Source: Lama glama (taxonomy: Eukaryota). Taken from it: a stretch of DNA of 64,000 nucleotides. A program made the position numbers and the translations under genes. The stretch is taken from NCBI GenBank assembly GCA_028534125.1, contig CM052820.1, forward strand, positions 53,940,001 to 54,004,000. Direction: 5' to 3'. This document shows positions 43,502-57,041 of the stretch, in pieces. Each line of letters begins with the position of its first letter. Position 1 is the first letter of the stretch. Below the pieces are notes generated by a model. That model had not been told where the DNA came from. It ran no database searches and saw only the letters and a list, made by a program, of their open reading frames with translations.

Positions 43502-43903
43502 TCATACATTTAAAATTCTTCATAGAAAATTGTTATATGATTAGTTATTTTTATAATAGAGTCAATTCGATTTAAAACTATTAACTATAATAGAATAGTG
43601 GCCATCTTAATTCAGTGACAAACAGAAAAGCAAATATTGTCTTAATTTTCAGATAACCCAGATTTATATTTTCACAATATTTATTTTAATGGAAAATTTT
43701 GTACTTTATTCTCTCATTTTGATAATGATGTCATCTGAATTAAATCTGTGGTTTTCATATTTGTTAAACATCGATTCAAATATGAAGTATACTAGTAAAT
43801 CAGATATAATTAACAGTAACAAAAATGAAGTTATAATGGAACAAGGCAAGTGAGAGGACTATTCCTGCTGCATTACTGTCACATATAAGATTAGCATCTG
43901 TAA

Positions 43904-44243
43904 CAAGTGTCACCAAACTACATGGCCCATGGGCCAAATCCAGCATGCCACCTGTTTTTGTAGGGCCCTGCAAAACTGAATTTTGTTCTTACATTTTTAA
44001 ATAGCTTTAAAAATCTAAAGAAAAATAGTATTTTGGGGCCCATGGAAATTCTATGAAAATTCAAATTTCAGTTTCCATAAGCAGAATTTATTGGAACACA
44101 GACTTGCTCAATAATTTACATATTGTCTTTGACTGTTTTACTCTACATGGGCAGGGCTGAGTAGTCTTCATAGACAGTCTGTGTTCTGCAAAGCCTAAAT
44201 CATTATTATCTGGCCCTTTACAGAAAAAGTTTGCCTAGCACTG
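43904..44243. mobile_element. MER58-like (hAT-Charlie) MITE
   Basis: caaactacatggcccatgggccaaatcc...tctggccctttacagaaaaagtttgc; TSD atctgtaa/ctctataa. Confidence 0.85.
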
Positions 44244-44574
44244 CTCTATAACATCTCTTACAAGTGATCTACTTCTCCATTAGTGTTTTCTTGGCTTGTA
44301 CGCCTTCTCTTGTTTGTTTCCTTCTTTCTTATACCTTCCTGTTGGTAGGAATTTTCAAGCTTACAAGCAGGAGAAATTTGAGATAAGATGCTCTTCAGTG
44401 ACTCACTTCAGTTTTCAAAGCCACCATGTTGGCTTGGTATAGTCATCCTGGCATCAGACTCCTCATCAACTACCCTAGGCAGTTGTCTTTGGTAACAGCC
44501 ATAGGGTTAGTACCTTCACCTCCCACTGGCTTGGAAATAAGTTGCTAATTTTTTTCGTCCTTGTAGCCCCTATG

Positions 44575-44775
44575 CAAACTTGAAATTCGCTGAGAGTAGA
44601 CTTAAATGTTCTCACCACAAAAAAATAATGGTAATCATGAGACATGATGGAGGTGTTCCCTCATGTTATGGTAGTAATCATTGTGCAATATATAAGCATA
44701 TCAAATCATGTTGTATACTTTATACTTATACAATATTAAATGACAGTTCTATCTTAATGAAGCGGGGAAAAAATA
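44575..44775 (+). mobile_element. L1MA-like 3' end
   Basis: gagagtagacttaaatgttctcaccac...tatcttaatgaagcggggaaaaaa. Confidence 0.75.
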
Positions 44776-46078
44776 TGTAATTACAAGATTAAAGAAAAAA
44801 AGTTTATTAACACTTGCATTGACTAGGGAGACTAACGGTAAAATGAACTCTTGGCTTCTCATCAACAGTCATATTAAAATATACACATAAACAAACATAT
44901 ATTTCATAGTGTAATATTATTTTCATTGACAATAAAGACCAAAATGAAAATAAACAATTCCAGAATTCCTTAATGATTCATGAAATTGTTTTCTGTGATT
45001 TTCTTTCCCATCCCCCTCAGATTGTTCTCTTAAATCAGATATATTAACATAGACATTTTTAACCTGTACTTTTCTACTTACATCTCTGAAAAATTGTTTT
45101 AGGTCTGACCAGAATTGGGGTTGAATCCCTTTTTTTCAGTTTGGTCTAATTTTGTTTGTTTAAATATGAGATAGATGTTTTTGGCATGAAGAAACTTACA
45201 TGAAAAGGTATTTCAATTATTATCTTTTTGTTTGCTATATAAAATGATTTTAAAATATAATTTACACATGTTTAGCCCTCTGTGAGAATTCTTTTTTTTT
45301 TAAACAATATTCAGTTCACCTGGACCCTTAGCACCAAGAGGAAGAACAGAAACGGTTTTGCACACAAATAGGGTTTTGCTTCAAGAATAGGAGTTGCCCT
45401 GACCTCTTTTATAATCTCTTCTAGAGCCAAAATGATTGGCAATGAAGCCACCCAATCATAGTGCCATTTTCTCATTTCAGTTGAGTTCAATGGGCAGCTC
45501 TTTTTCTTTGCTTTGAAAGCCTCATTAAGTTGCAAGTTGGCACAGTTCTTGGACAGAATATTTTATTACAGAGCTCTGCAAGTACTATATGTTCCATTTG
45601 TTGCAGTAAGTGACATTTCTCTCCTGGGAAAAGTGAACACAGATCTTGGCTTAAGTTACCTGAAGCACAGTAAGCACCAGTCACAGTTTTCTTGTTCTGC
45701 TTTTTTCTCTCAGGTAACAAAATTAAAGGTAAATGTTAGGAGGGCTTTTTAGGCCCATAAAAGGGATTTAGACAAGGGATTTCTGCTGCAGAAATGACCT
45801 TAGGAGTGACATCATGATAATGGTGAGGGAACATCCGTTTTGCTCCTCATGCTGGCCCTTTAAGGGTGTGGCTGCCCTCTGCTCCCCAGACTTCACAGAA
45901 GCTCAGATACCGAGTCTGATGAGGAGTCTAGCTTCTCCTCTGCCCCCACGACACCTTCTTATCTATGGGCTCTTCATTGTTGGTTTGGGTTTTGGCTGTG
46001 CCTCAGAAGACTGCACTTACTTTTTTTTTTATTTCCTGTCTCCCTATTTCTCCACACCCTCTCCCCACCCTGATGTAG

Positions 46079-46552
46079 GTCCTCAACCTATTTCTTGCTT
46101 TATTATTGAGCTCATTTAGTTCAGACAATCTTACAGCAATTGAAGAAGACACCGATGCAAACAACCTCCAGATTGCGGTGGCCAGAATTAAGAAGGGAAT
46201 AAATTATGTGAAACAAACCTTACGTGAATTTATCTTAAAAGCATTTTCCAAAAAGCCAAAGGTTTCCAAAGAGATAAGACGAGCAGATCTAAACTGTAAG
46301 AAGGAGAACTTCATCTCTAATCGCACGCTCGCTGAAATGAGCAAGGATCACCATTTCCACAAAGAGAAAGATAAAACCAGTGGTTTTGGAAACAGTGTGG
46401 ACAAATACTTGATGGAAGAAAGTGATGGTCAATCATTTATTCATAATCCCAGCCTCACCGTGACAGTGCCAATTGCACCTGGGGAATCTGATTTGGAAAT
46501 TATGAACACTGAGGAACTTAGCAGTGATTCAGATAGTGAATACAGCAAAGGG
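46079..46552 (+). CDS. SCN9A: Coding exon 16 (474 nt), end of DII S6 and loop 2 with ankyrin-G motif VPIAPGESD (46466-46492)
   Basis: [18 protein letters not shown]...[10 protein letters not shown]; donor GGG|GTAAGA. Confidence 0.97.
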
Positions 46553-46659
46553 GTAAGATTGTTTTATATGCATTGTGTTTCGTGTTATTAATTAGTATGA
46601 ATTAAAACTTCAGATTCTTGTTGTCATTAATTTTTTTCTAATATTGCATACTAATGGAT

Positions 46660-46683
46660 TGTGTGTGTGTGTGTGCGTGTGTG
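46660..46683. repeat. (TG)n microsatellite
   Basis: tgtgtgtgtgtgtgtgcgtgtgtg. Confidence 0.9.
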
Positions 46684-49600
46684 AATTTATAGAACAGCTT
46701 CCTGAAGGTTCATGTGGTAAGGTTTACTTACTGGTTCCTAATAATGGATTTAATCCCATTTAGCTAGATTTGAAGGCACCAGGTATCTTTGTCTTCTTCT
46801 TCATACCCTGCTTGTTATCAGTTGTAAAGTCACACACAGTCTCCTTCTTCAGTCTGTTGAATCCACACACCTCTTCATCCCCTTTCTCTTTGCATGCTCT
46901 ACTTCTTGCCTAAACCATTCCACGTGGAGGCCCAACTGGTGTCTCTGTTTCCATTTTCCATTTACTCTAATCCACTTATTTGATTAGTTTTACTCAGGTT
47001 CAGTCCTTATGATGTTACTTGTTTGAATCTTTGATCCCCGAAGTCTCCTGAATTGCAGACTGTAGAGAAAGCCTTCCCATCATGGCCCCAACCAGCTGAC
47101 CAGCTGTGTCACCCGGAGCCCCTACACCTGTACCAGGCCAGTTTTCTTCTGGGCCACAGGCACAACCTGCATGATCTTGCTTGGGGTTTCCTTCTTTAGT
47201 CAAAATCCTGTACGTGTCCTTCAAAACATAGTCCTCAGATTTCTCTTCCTCATGTGTAACATTATTAGTTCTTACATTACAGAGTTAGGTGAGGATTAAA
47301 TGAATTAACACATGTAAAATGCTTAGAACAGTACTCAGAGCACTCAAAAGTAATAACTACTGCATCTTTCCTAATTTTTCTCCAGATATGATCACAGTTT
47401 GAACGTCACACAATTTTATGCCTTTTCCTGAATTTGTTATTTAGCCTGGCATTTGAACTTTTTTTGAGAAATTACTGTGTGCATCAAATGGTACTACAAA
47501 CTCATTAAGAACAAACCTTTTATTAAAACGTTTGTATCCTCCTTCCCCATACCTGGTTGCATATATTCAGAGTTTTATTGAGCTGTATTTTTACTAATAT
47601 GGAATATAATAATCATAAGTGAGTTTTATGACAAAGCGTTTTTATGGCATCTCTTTACAGTTTTAAGATAATCGCTTTAAAATATTTTTCCTTTCTTTAG
47701 GTCACATTTGAAAGTATTTGACAGGCATTTACCAAACATCTTTTATCTGCTTAACCCTGTATTAAGACCTATCCTCTTTATAGTGGATTTATAAATTTAT
47801 AGTGGATTTTGGAATAAAGATACATGGCTCTGTGTATGTGTGCACACACATGTAGCACCCATGCACTGGCCATGTGACCAGTACTAAGTGCACAGTAAAT
47901 GCAGTATTTATTTAATGAATGAATAGGTGATTAAATAAATTATGAATATATATTTCTAAGTACACAAAGAAATTATTTCCAAGATGACAAAGTAAGGACT
48001 GAAATATTTTATTATTTATTTCTGAAACCTTTACTTGGAAGAAGTAATAGCTCCAAAATTCAAAAGATGTGATTGTTTTGCCCTGGAGGTAGAAAATTAG
48101 ATTCCACATACCCTGTTCCGGAGCAGTAATCTGGATCTAGTCTCATGTGAAAAGGGAAACTAATTCAACTACCCATTTCTCTGCCTGTGAAAATTAGAGT
48201 TGTAAAACCTTGATCACCTGGCAGACTTTCTGAGTAAGTTTGAGATTGTAGGTGTCAAGGCACTTTGGTAGCTGGGCAGAGTTTACCAAACCTCTTACAT
48301 CTTAATATTTGGGAGGAATCATTTCTCACCTGGTCATTTTTCTTTGCTCAAAGCCTGTAGCTATCCATACATGGATCTCCTTAGTTGCTGTAAAAGTCAT
48401 ATTCTTAGGATGTTGAATTATATATAACATTTTAAAGGGAATCTTACGGATCTGCCCACCTCATTTTCTAACTGAAAAAGCCAGTAAGAAGAAGTGACTT
48501 TACCCACAGTTATAAAGCTAGTCAAGGCAGAACCTCTACAAGAGCCTCAGTCTTGTTATTCGTAGGTCTACCTCCCTTCCCCTTTGTCTCTTTTAGTGAT
48601 AAAACACACATTTCTATTGTGGTTAATACCCAGTTTGTCTCCCCTGGGGTACTGAGCCAGCTTCAGAAGAATTTACATCCCCTGTGGTATCCAGAGAAGG
48701 TTTATGATGTTGCAGTATCCGGCTGTCCTTTATAATTAGTAATGTGGTCTATAAGCTATTTGGTTACTGAAATAAGACCATTTTAAACATCCATATGTAA
48801 ATTTACTCTGCCCCCTACCCCATAAACTCTTCCTAAAAAGCATGAAATTTTGTGCCTTTAAACTGTTACCTGAAGACCATTTGATGGTAACATTCTAATA
48901 TTCCTAACTGTCACTGGTTTTTTTTTCTGACATTATAGCCATAACTACATAAGGAAAAAAATACCCTTTTTTTCTGTGGTTTACATGGTATAGTATTCAG
49001 GAACTTGAGGCTAACTCATAGGTTGTAATAAAAAATACATAAGCTAGTCTGTTTACATCATTTAGCACAGTATTTGAGTTGGTAAGCCCTAAAAAAAGTT
49101 AGGTATTGTGTTTTTTATTGAATTCATCATCATTATTGTCTTCTAAAAGTTCATATTTAAAATTATGGACTTTGAAATTTTGTCCTTCTTTATAAGACAT
49201 TTTCCATGATAGATCTCAAAGTGTGTCATCTTGAGTACTTCCAAACCTACTTGACTATGTACTGGGCTTGAGAAGTAATGAAAATTCAAGATCTATAGGA
49301 AATTTGTTAGATAATTTAGAGATAGTATTAGGCTGTTGCCAGCTGTGAAACCTTGTGTCTAGCTGGAGTCTTTTTCTCAAGTGGCTTGAGATTTAAATGT
49401 TCCTAGTTATGACTTGTTGGTTTTGTTTTTCAATTTGGACCACTAAAAAGTACAGATTTTCTTTATTTATCTAAGGTGTTTCTACTGCCCTTCCATGCTC
49501 ACCTCCCTGCTCTAATTCCCCTAATCTTTAGCTCCCTCTTGAATTCCCAATTTTTTAACTGCTTGTTGCCTCCTTTGTAACTTTCTTATATTTTCATGCC

Positions 49601-52564
49601 TGAGATATCTTTGAAATAACTATTAGCATGTTTTTGACGAACCTTGCCCAAAGAGGCCAATCTTGATTACTCAGTAGAAAGTAATGCCTGATTCACATGT
49701 AAGTTATTTAAGTTTTAAGCACTACTTTGGACTATAGTAGAGAATGCAGCTCTGGAGATGGAATCCTTGCCTTAGTTCCTAGTTTGATATTTACTAACTC
49801 TATGATTTTGAGCAAGTTACAAAAATCTGTTTTTTTATAGTTTACTTATGTGCAAAATAGAATTATGATAAATATTAAATGATTTAGGTAAATAATTAGA
49901 CAAGTGCCTATTGGAAAGTAAATGCCCCATTAACATTTATCATAGGTATGAAATTGAGTGGTCATGTATACACAGTAAGTAACTATTTGCTACAGGTTAA
50001 ATTTTAGTGTGTAAAGACTCACTTAGGGAGCTTGTTACAAATGCCTGTTCTGGGCCACACCCTCCAGAATCTCTCTGCCTTAGTTTGGATGCAACCTCAG
50101 AATCCCTACCAGCAAGGTTCCAGTGGCCACTATAATGAACTGACTTGGTATAGGAAGTGAACCTAAATCCACCCCTGGCTCATTTTGATCCAGGTTTCTG
50201 ATAAGTCATGTTCTTTATTCAGGGCCTGGGGATATTTCCACCTTTTGCCCGTTTAAGAATCTGCATTTTGAACAGGCAGAAAGAACATCTTTGACCTTTG
50301 ACACCTTTGCCATCCAAACAAACAAAAAAAACCCACCCTCTCTTTAGGACCTAGCGTCTTTTGTTCCCATTGTATTTTATAGAGACTTTCTGTCCTCTTT
50401 CTAGTGTCAGCTCTCAGATAGGCAGGTTTCTAGATCTGATAGTTAAATACACACTTCAGAATAAAGTCAAAATATTTTGTAATAAAACACTTTACCAGAA
50501 AATGACCAAACAGATGAGTTTGATAAGGTGTTGAGTAAAATATCTTAAACAGTTTTGAGGCAATAACGGGCAGTAGAAAATCAGCCTTTCTCTGAAGATA
50601 GAGTCTGTCTCGGAATCGAGAATGATACCCTGTCCTCTCCAGGGGATGCATGAGCGTAAGACCCCCGACACTGCTTCTCAGGATGCAGACTCTGAACTGA
50701 TGGCCCCTCTCAGAATCAGCCTCTTTCTGGGGCGCAGTGCCGCCCTGAAGCACTGGGCCAACATTAACACACTGCAGATCTTCACCATTAGCAATGAAGC
50801 GCTTCATTATTATGTGCCTCAAATGAAGTGTGAAATGCATCCATTCATTCAATAAATATTTATTGAGCTCTACTGTGCCTCAGGCACTGTGCTAGCAATT
50901 GTTTCCAGAAAAAGAAGTTTTTTCGCCCAGCTGCAGTAATTTAGTGCGATTGGCATCTGACTTCACTAAATGCTTAAGAAGTGTAATCCTTTTTTTTTTT
51001 TAAATCGTGCCAAATTCAAAATTGAAAGCTCTAAAAAACTAAATAAATAACTTTTAAATGGAGAGCTCTCAGAGAGTTAAAGAGACATTCCCTTTGTTTT
51101 CAGTTGTTTAAAATCATTTCCTTCTTTGCTGTAAAGATGAAAAAATAGAGACAATGTACAGAATTATAACATTGATTTTGAAAGTTTTTAAATTTCAAGG
51201 AAAAACATTAAATTTATCCAGTTTACTTCTCCAGATATTTAAAAACATAACAGCCTCATGTGATTTTGAAGTAGTGTAAATTCTAACAGTTGTCAGAGAA
51301 GCTGCTCGCTGTGAAACTAATACCCCAGATCTTCTTTACTGATCTTTTGACAGGTGTATGGATGATCAAACCTGGCTTAAGTGAATTTCCTCATCTTGTG
51401 TACTCAGCAGAGTGGAAAACATCCTGGGTAGAATTTTCCTCACAGAAAGGTTCCCCCATTTATTCCTCCTCCAGCCAAATGGGGATACTTAGCTTTACTC
51501 AGTAGTTCCTTCGTGTTTTGAAATGTTGTCTCAAAGTTGTGATGAAGCTAGCAGAGGTCCTTGGAGAAAGGAGATCAAGAAACCTTCATTCTTCACATAA
51601 TCACACTCCCTACCTCCAAGAGAGTATCATTTAAAACATTGCAAACGCAATTATGCAAAATTTATGTTCCTAAAGGAAGCAAAGTCCACACAAAGCCCTC
51701 ATTCGCTTTGTTTATTATGGGAGAAAAAAATTACAAAGGAATTTTCTGTAAGCTGTAGCTGTTCGTTTTTTTTCAACTCTCATTTCCTAAGTACCTGCTC
51801 GTTGGCTGTTGCTGGCTGGACACCGGGAAGTCATCATCAGTGTACTCATTTCTACAGCAGCTGCAGGCTCACGGTTTTCTTGGTCTCTGGCATTGTGTTA
51901 AGTGAGTAAGAGTAAAGCAAGTTTCCTGCCTTTGAGGAGGAACACATATAGAAACCAGAAATTATAATTAAACATACAAAAAGAATTAAAACAGATACTT
52001 AGACAGTATGTTGAGGCACAATAGGGATAGTGTGACTCATCTTGAAAAGAAATTGGTGATGGCCTTTGAAGTGGATTTTATGGTAAAAAGAGAATCCATG
52101 GTGGGGGAAGGGCGGGAAAGGAGGAGGAAGGGTGGGAGGGAGAGGGACAGCTTTCGGGTAGAGGTGAAGCGCCCAGAAAGTGTGGAAGCACAGGTGAGGA
52201 TGCCTGCTGGGAAGGAGTAGGTTACAGCGGTAGGTTGGAGCCAGATAGCAAATGGCTTCATCTATCACGACAAGAGTTTGAAATGGGTTTCTTTTTATTT
52301 AACAGAAAGGAGAAACTTTGTCTTGTTCTGTTATACTTTGTTGTTAGCAAACTTGTCTTTTTAGAGAAAGCTTGGTTGGGTAATAAGGCCCAGCAGGGGA
52401 AGAAGGTGAGAGGATGGAAGGCTGTTGCAATCATTCAGAGGGGAGTCGATGAGGCCACAAGCTAAGGGAGTGATGGTGGCATGTGGGATAACGGTAAGAC
52501 ACTTGCAAGTTAAAATAGAAGGGCTCAGGGTCTAGATATGTGAGTTGTGAGCTGTTTCAAAGAA

Positions 52565-52990
52565 TATATTCTTTTCCTGTGACTGCCACAAACTTGGGGC
52601 TTTATGCAACAGAACTGTATTCTCTGACAGTTCTAGAGGCTAGAAGTCTGAATGGAGGTGTCGGCAAGGCCATGCGCTCTCTGCAGGCTCCAGGGAGGAT
52701 CCTCCCTTGCTTTCTTCCAGCATCTGGTGGTCCTTCATCGTTGGCCTTCTGTGTCTAGCAGCTGCATCACTCCAATCTCTGCTTCTTTTGTCACATGGAG
52801 TTCTCTCTATTTGTCTGTCTTTTCCTCTTATAAGGACACTAACTCTATTGGATTACAGCCCACCCTAATGACCTCATCTTAACTTGACCACATCTGCAAA
52901 GATCCTGTTTCCACCTTAGGTCATATTCAAGGGTGCCAGGGATTAGGACTTCAACATATCTTTTGGAGAGATACAGATTGACTCATAATA
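52565..52990 (-). mobile_element. MLT1 (MaLR) solo LTR
   Basis: acagttctagaggctagaagtctgaa...ccctaatgacctcatcttaacttg...ttaggacttcaacatatcttttg. Confidence 0.85.
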
Positions 52991-53224
52991 AAAAGTTTTG
53001 GTGTAGAAAACTAGATAGATATTGATGCTATTAGAAATACACACGGGGAGAAGAAAACTTAGGGGGAAGAGACAGCTTAATTTGGGGACATCTTAATTGT
53101 GAGCTACTTGTAGGATGGCTAAGTGATGGTGAACAGTGGGTAGTTGGGAGTTTTAAGAAGATAAATCAGTTGTAGACAGGTTGGAATTTTGTATGTTATA
53201 TTAACCATGGGATTATTCAGGGAG

Positions 53225-53670
53225 CCAGTCTGAGGTCAGGTTCCCTGGGGAACCAACTCTGGGTAGTGTTCTAGAAACAATACCTAACATGGTGAGAAGT
53301 GAAGGAAGCAAGATGATTGAGCAGAAGGAGAAGCTGGCATGCTCTGCAGCTGCAACAGGGGCCTCAGCTGATCCTACAGGCATCTCTGGCACTGGAATGA
53401 CCCTTCGGAGTAGTTCCAAATTAAAGCAAGGGCGCAGGATTTTGTGAACTCCACACCAGTCAGTCATTAGATACAGGCTCTCCTATCACTCCTCCAGGAT
53501 CAGGGTGTCACCTTGGGTAAGGCAGCTCTCTTCTGCACTGTAATGTCCAGGTAGGACCTCAGTTGTGAGTCTTTAGCTGCCAAGACTCTTAGTAGGTGGA
53601 GGAATGAGTGGCTTATCTGAAAGGGAGATGCAGGCAGTGCACCCCAGCATCCACTGCACTCCAGGGACCA
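53225..53670. mobile_element. ERVL-type LTR (LTR33/40/41-like)
   Basis: gtcaggttccctgggg...cagtcagtcattagat motifs; family uncertain. Confidence 0.45.
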
Positions 53671-55385
53671 TAGAAAGTAAGAGGACAAGTGATCAACTCA
53701 ACACTTGAGAAGTGGACATAAAAGAAGAAGGCACCAAAGAGACCAAGGGAAAAATGTATACATAAGCCACTTTCATACACACCATATAATTTTCTTCCTT
53801 ATAACAACTTGGGAAAGTGGATAGTATTAATCTATATTTACAGGTGACTAAGATGCTAAAAGATTAAGAAATGATGCTAGTTAGTTCCTGATATTTCTGG
53901 GAGTCTTTTAAAATTTGAACTCTAAGCTTTAACCACCATAATACATATCACAGAAAGGAAAGAGAGTGAGTAGGAATAGAATTATTTTCTGTTCTATCCC
54001 TGCAATGTTGCAATTCAGGATGAGATTTTCTGTTATAATAGTATTGTCCATTTGCTGATTCATGTTCAGCTTCTAATCCTCCTTAATGCTAATTTATTAG
54101 GCTATAGTCTACCTCAGTAGTATAACAGAGAGCAGAACAAAGCACATTCGCACATTCCAGAATAATAAAGCAGTCCACTGAGGATGCACTGAGCAAGGGA
54201 TTATATGAGGGATGATATTAGGTTGAAGGCACATGAAAGTAGGTGGCCCCTAAGCTAGACTATAAAGGATGGAGATCATTTCATTGTGTGAATGTAGTGG
54301 AGAAGGAAATCTCAGGCAGAGGAACAAACATTCATATTGTTCATCTGATTCATTTATTAGTTTATTTATCCACCCATTCATCTATTCAGTATTCAGTTTT
54401 TGAAAGCCGTCATCTTTGGAGAAATTTAAATGTCCTTACTTGTTATAAAATGCATTCCTTTTATTGATTTGATAAAAAGTTGTTTAAATATTTTCAGTTA
54501 TCAAGGTTAAATATTTTATATGTTTTTACTATGTGGTGGTTTTAATTACATTGTTATCAGATCTGTCTCTCCTTAGATTTTTTTTATAGTTTTTTTCCAC
54601 GGACAGGCAGTTGAAGGCAGTTTAGATTTCTTCTCATTATTGCATTTTAGAAAATATAATCATCTTTTCCAGAAATGCATTTGATTTGGCAAGATTTAGG
54701 GATTAGTTACAACTATGCCTTTGGGAGAAGCTGACATTCGATCATATCTTTTATGCATAGGTTCTTACAAAACCAAAACAAAGCACCCCTATAGAACTTT
54801 ACTTAGATCATTTCTTTTTGCATATTGGTTCCAAACTATTTGAAATTTTTTCGTCTTTATTAGATTTTCTCATGTGTCTAAAAGCAATGAAATTTTGGTC
54901 TCACATTTTTTAAATCAATGTTTCTTAGTCTTTATATTTTGATAAATTGAAAACATCCCTTTCCTGTAATGCTGTTTAATATGTCAAAATTAAAAGTAAA
55001 TCAAGAAATGCTAATTTTAGAATATGCTTCAAAAACTACATACTTTTACCCTCCCCTACTTCAGTATTGAGAATAATTTATTTAAAAATGTTTGAGCAGA
55101 CTGAATGAAAACAATTGCCTTTGCACATTACAGTATTTAAATTCATCTCTTACATAACAGAATTTTATAATTATTTGTCCATTTTTTAAAATCTGTTGAA
55201 TGATATTTAATCTTATTACTGTGTTTCAAATATATTGCTTTGCATTGAGCTTATAGCATGTGTTGTCAAATATAACTAATTTCTATTTACAGGTAGGTGA
55301 CTTTAAACATTTTAAATTAGTTGATTAAACTGTTCCATCGTGCTGCATTTACAACTTCGGTACCTAACCTTCTTACTTCTCACAG

Positions 55386-55467
55386 GGGTAAAAACAAACT
55401 GGATCCATCAAGGATGCAGCTCTGTGCTTTTAACCAAGCAGAGACATATGTGACCACTTTTACCCAG
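55386..55467 (+). other. Candidate stop-containing cassette exon (exon 16A-like)
   Basis: Branch CCTAAC, pyrimidine tract, CACAG|GGG TAA; donor uncertain (CAG|GTTACC); downstream TGCATG. Confidence 0.5.
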
Positions 55468-55832
55468 GTTACCTGAAAAAAAAAAAATCATACATATGTA
55501 TATGATATTTTTTTCAGTGTCATGCATGCTGTTCAGCTACAAAATCTTTCTGCCTGACCCATTGCCCCATTGCAAGAAAGTAGAAACATACACAGTTGTT
55601 CCATAGATGATTTGACATTATAGCATGTCACTGGGGCAATGCCATCATTTTGTGTTATTCTTTTGATGACTTCCTTAATTTCTCTCTCCATGTTATTAGG
55701 TGATTTTGAGTGCATGATCTATAGATTTTTATTGGACCGATTATAAAAGTAAGATATAGTATATAACAGAAGCCACGAAGCAGCATTTAATTATAAAACC
55801 TCTATCAACTTCCCCTCCTAATTTAAGCTACA

Positions 55833-56052
55833 CAGTGTTGATCCTTGAAATTTGAACTGATTCAGTCCACTTCAATGGGGATTTTTCTCAATAGTAAAAA
55901 TTACAGGACTATACAATCCATGGTTGGTTGCATCCATGGATGTGGAACAGAGGATACTGAGGAACAGCAGATGTGGAGGGCTGACTATAAGTTATAACTA
56001 GATTTTAGATTTCACAGAGGATCATGCTGCCATGATGTTCAAGGGCCAACTG
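55833..56052. mobile_element. Tigger2-type MITE (TcMar)
   Basis: TIR-like ends cagtgttgatccttgaa / ttcaagggccaactg, followed by TA. Confidence 0.7.
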
Positions 56053-56089
56053 TATATAGATACATGTCATATTAAGTTGTCACATTTAT

Positions 56090-56285
56090 TGTGATAAGAG
56101 TAGAGTTTTAATATTCTCACCGTAAAAACAACAATGGTAATTATGTGAGGTGAAGATTGTGGTTAACATTATTGTGGTAAACATTTCACAATATATACAT
56201 GTATCTAATCATCACATTGTAGTTCTCAGACTTACGTAACATTCTATATCAATTATATCTCAGTAAAGCTGGGAAAAAATAAAAA
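56090..56285 (+). mobile_element. L1MA-like 3' end
   Basis: aagagtagagttttaatattctcacc...atcaattatatctcagtaaagctgggaaaaaa. Confidence 0.75.
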
Positions 56286-56715
56286 TTGTCATATTCAATT
56301 TCAGTAAATTAAAACTCAAATAATTTTTGTGAGAGAAATATTTCAGGCATAAACATAAAAATCTCATAACAAGAAAGGACCATTTTAGTGCTAGTTTTGA
56401 ATTCACAGATAAGGAAATTGAGACTTACAATTTCTGAGTACACATCTAGAAAGTTGGGGACAAAGCCAAAGTACCCAGCTTCTAGGCCAAATTTTGAGGG
56501 TATTTTGAAATGATTTTAAGTATGATAACTAGAGCTTTATTTCTTTAATTAATTCAGTAATTAACCTTTGATTTTTATTTAATCATATATAAAATGCATC
56601 AATTAAGAATTTACTAGACCCTGCCACTGAATGAATGTATTATAAGTGCCTGAAATGATTCATTTGATTCCAGAAGCAATATTACATACTGATGAGAATA
56701 AGTTTATGATTATGT

Positions 56716-57041
56716 AAGTTGGCCCTCTGTATCCATGGGTTCCAACACATGTGCAGATTCAATCCACCAGAGATAAAAAATGGGGAAAAAATTTTATAGA
56801 AAGTTCCAAAAATCAAAACATGAATTTGCTGCACACCAGCAACTGTTTATGTAGCATTTACACTGTATTTGATATTATAAGTAATCTAGAGATGATTTAA
56901 AATAAATGGAAAGATGGGAGGGTGTGCATAAATTATATGCAAATCCTATACCTTTTATATAAGGAACTCTGTCAAGCATTTGCAGATGCTGGTATCTGCT
57001 GGGCCCTGGTACCAACCCCCCAGGATACCGAGGGAGGATTG
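56716..57041. mobile_element. MER2-like (TcMar-Tigger) MITE
   Basis: gttggccctctgtatccatgggttcc...ataagtaatctagagatgatttaaa...ggataccgagggaggattg. Confidence 0.85.

Noticed and set aside
47779-47810. 13-bp direct repeat ttatagtggattt
   Set aside because: Simple local duplication; not an array
50430-50852. 140-aa minus-strand ORF
   Set aside because: Starts in an L2 tail; no recognisable domain or coding signal
54597-54610. REST/RE1 site (CCACGGACAG)
   Set aside because: Only the right half matches; the TTCAGCA left half is absent
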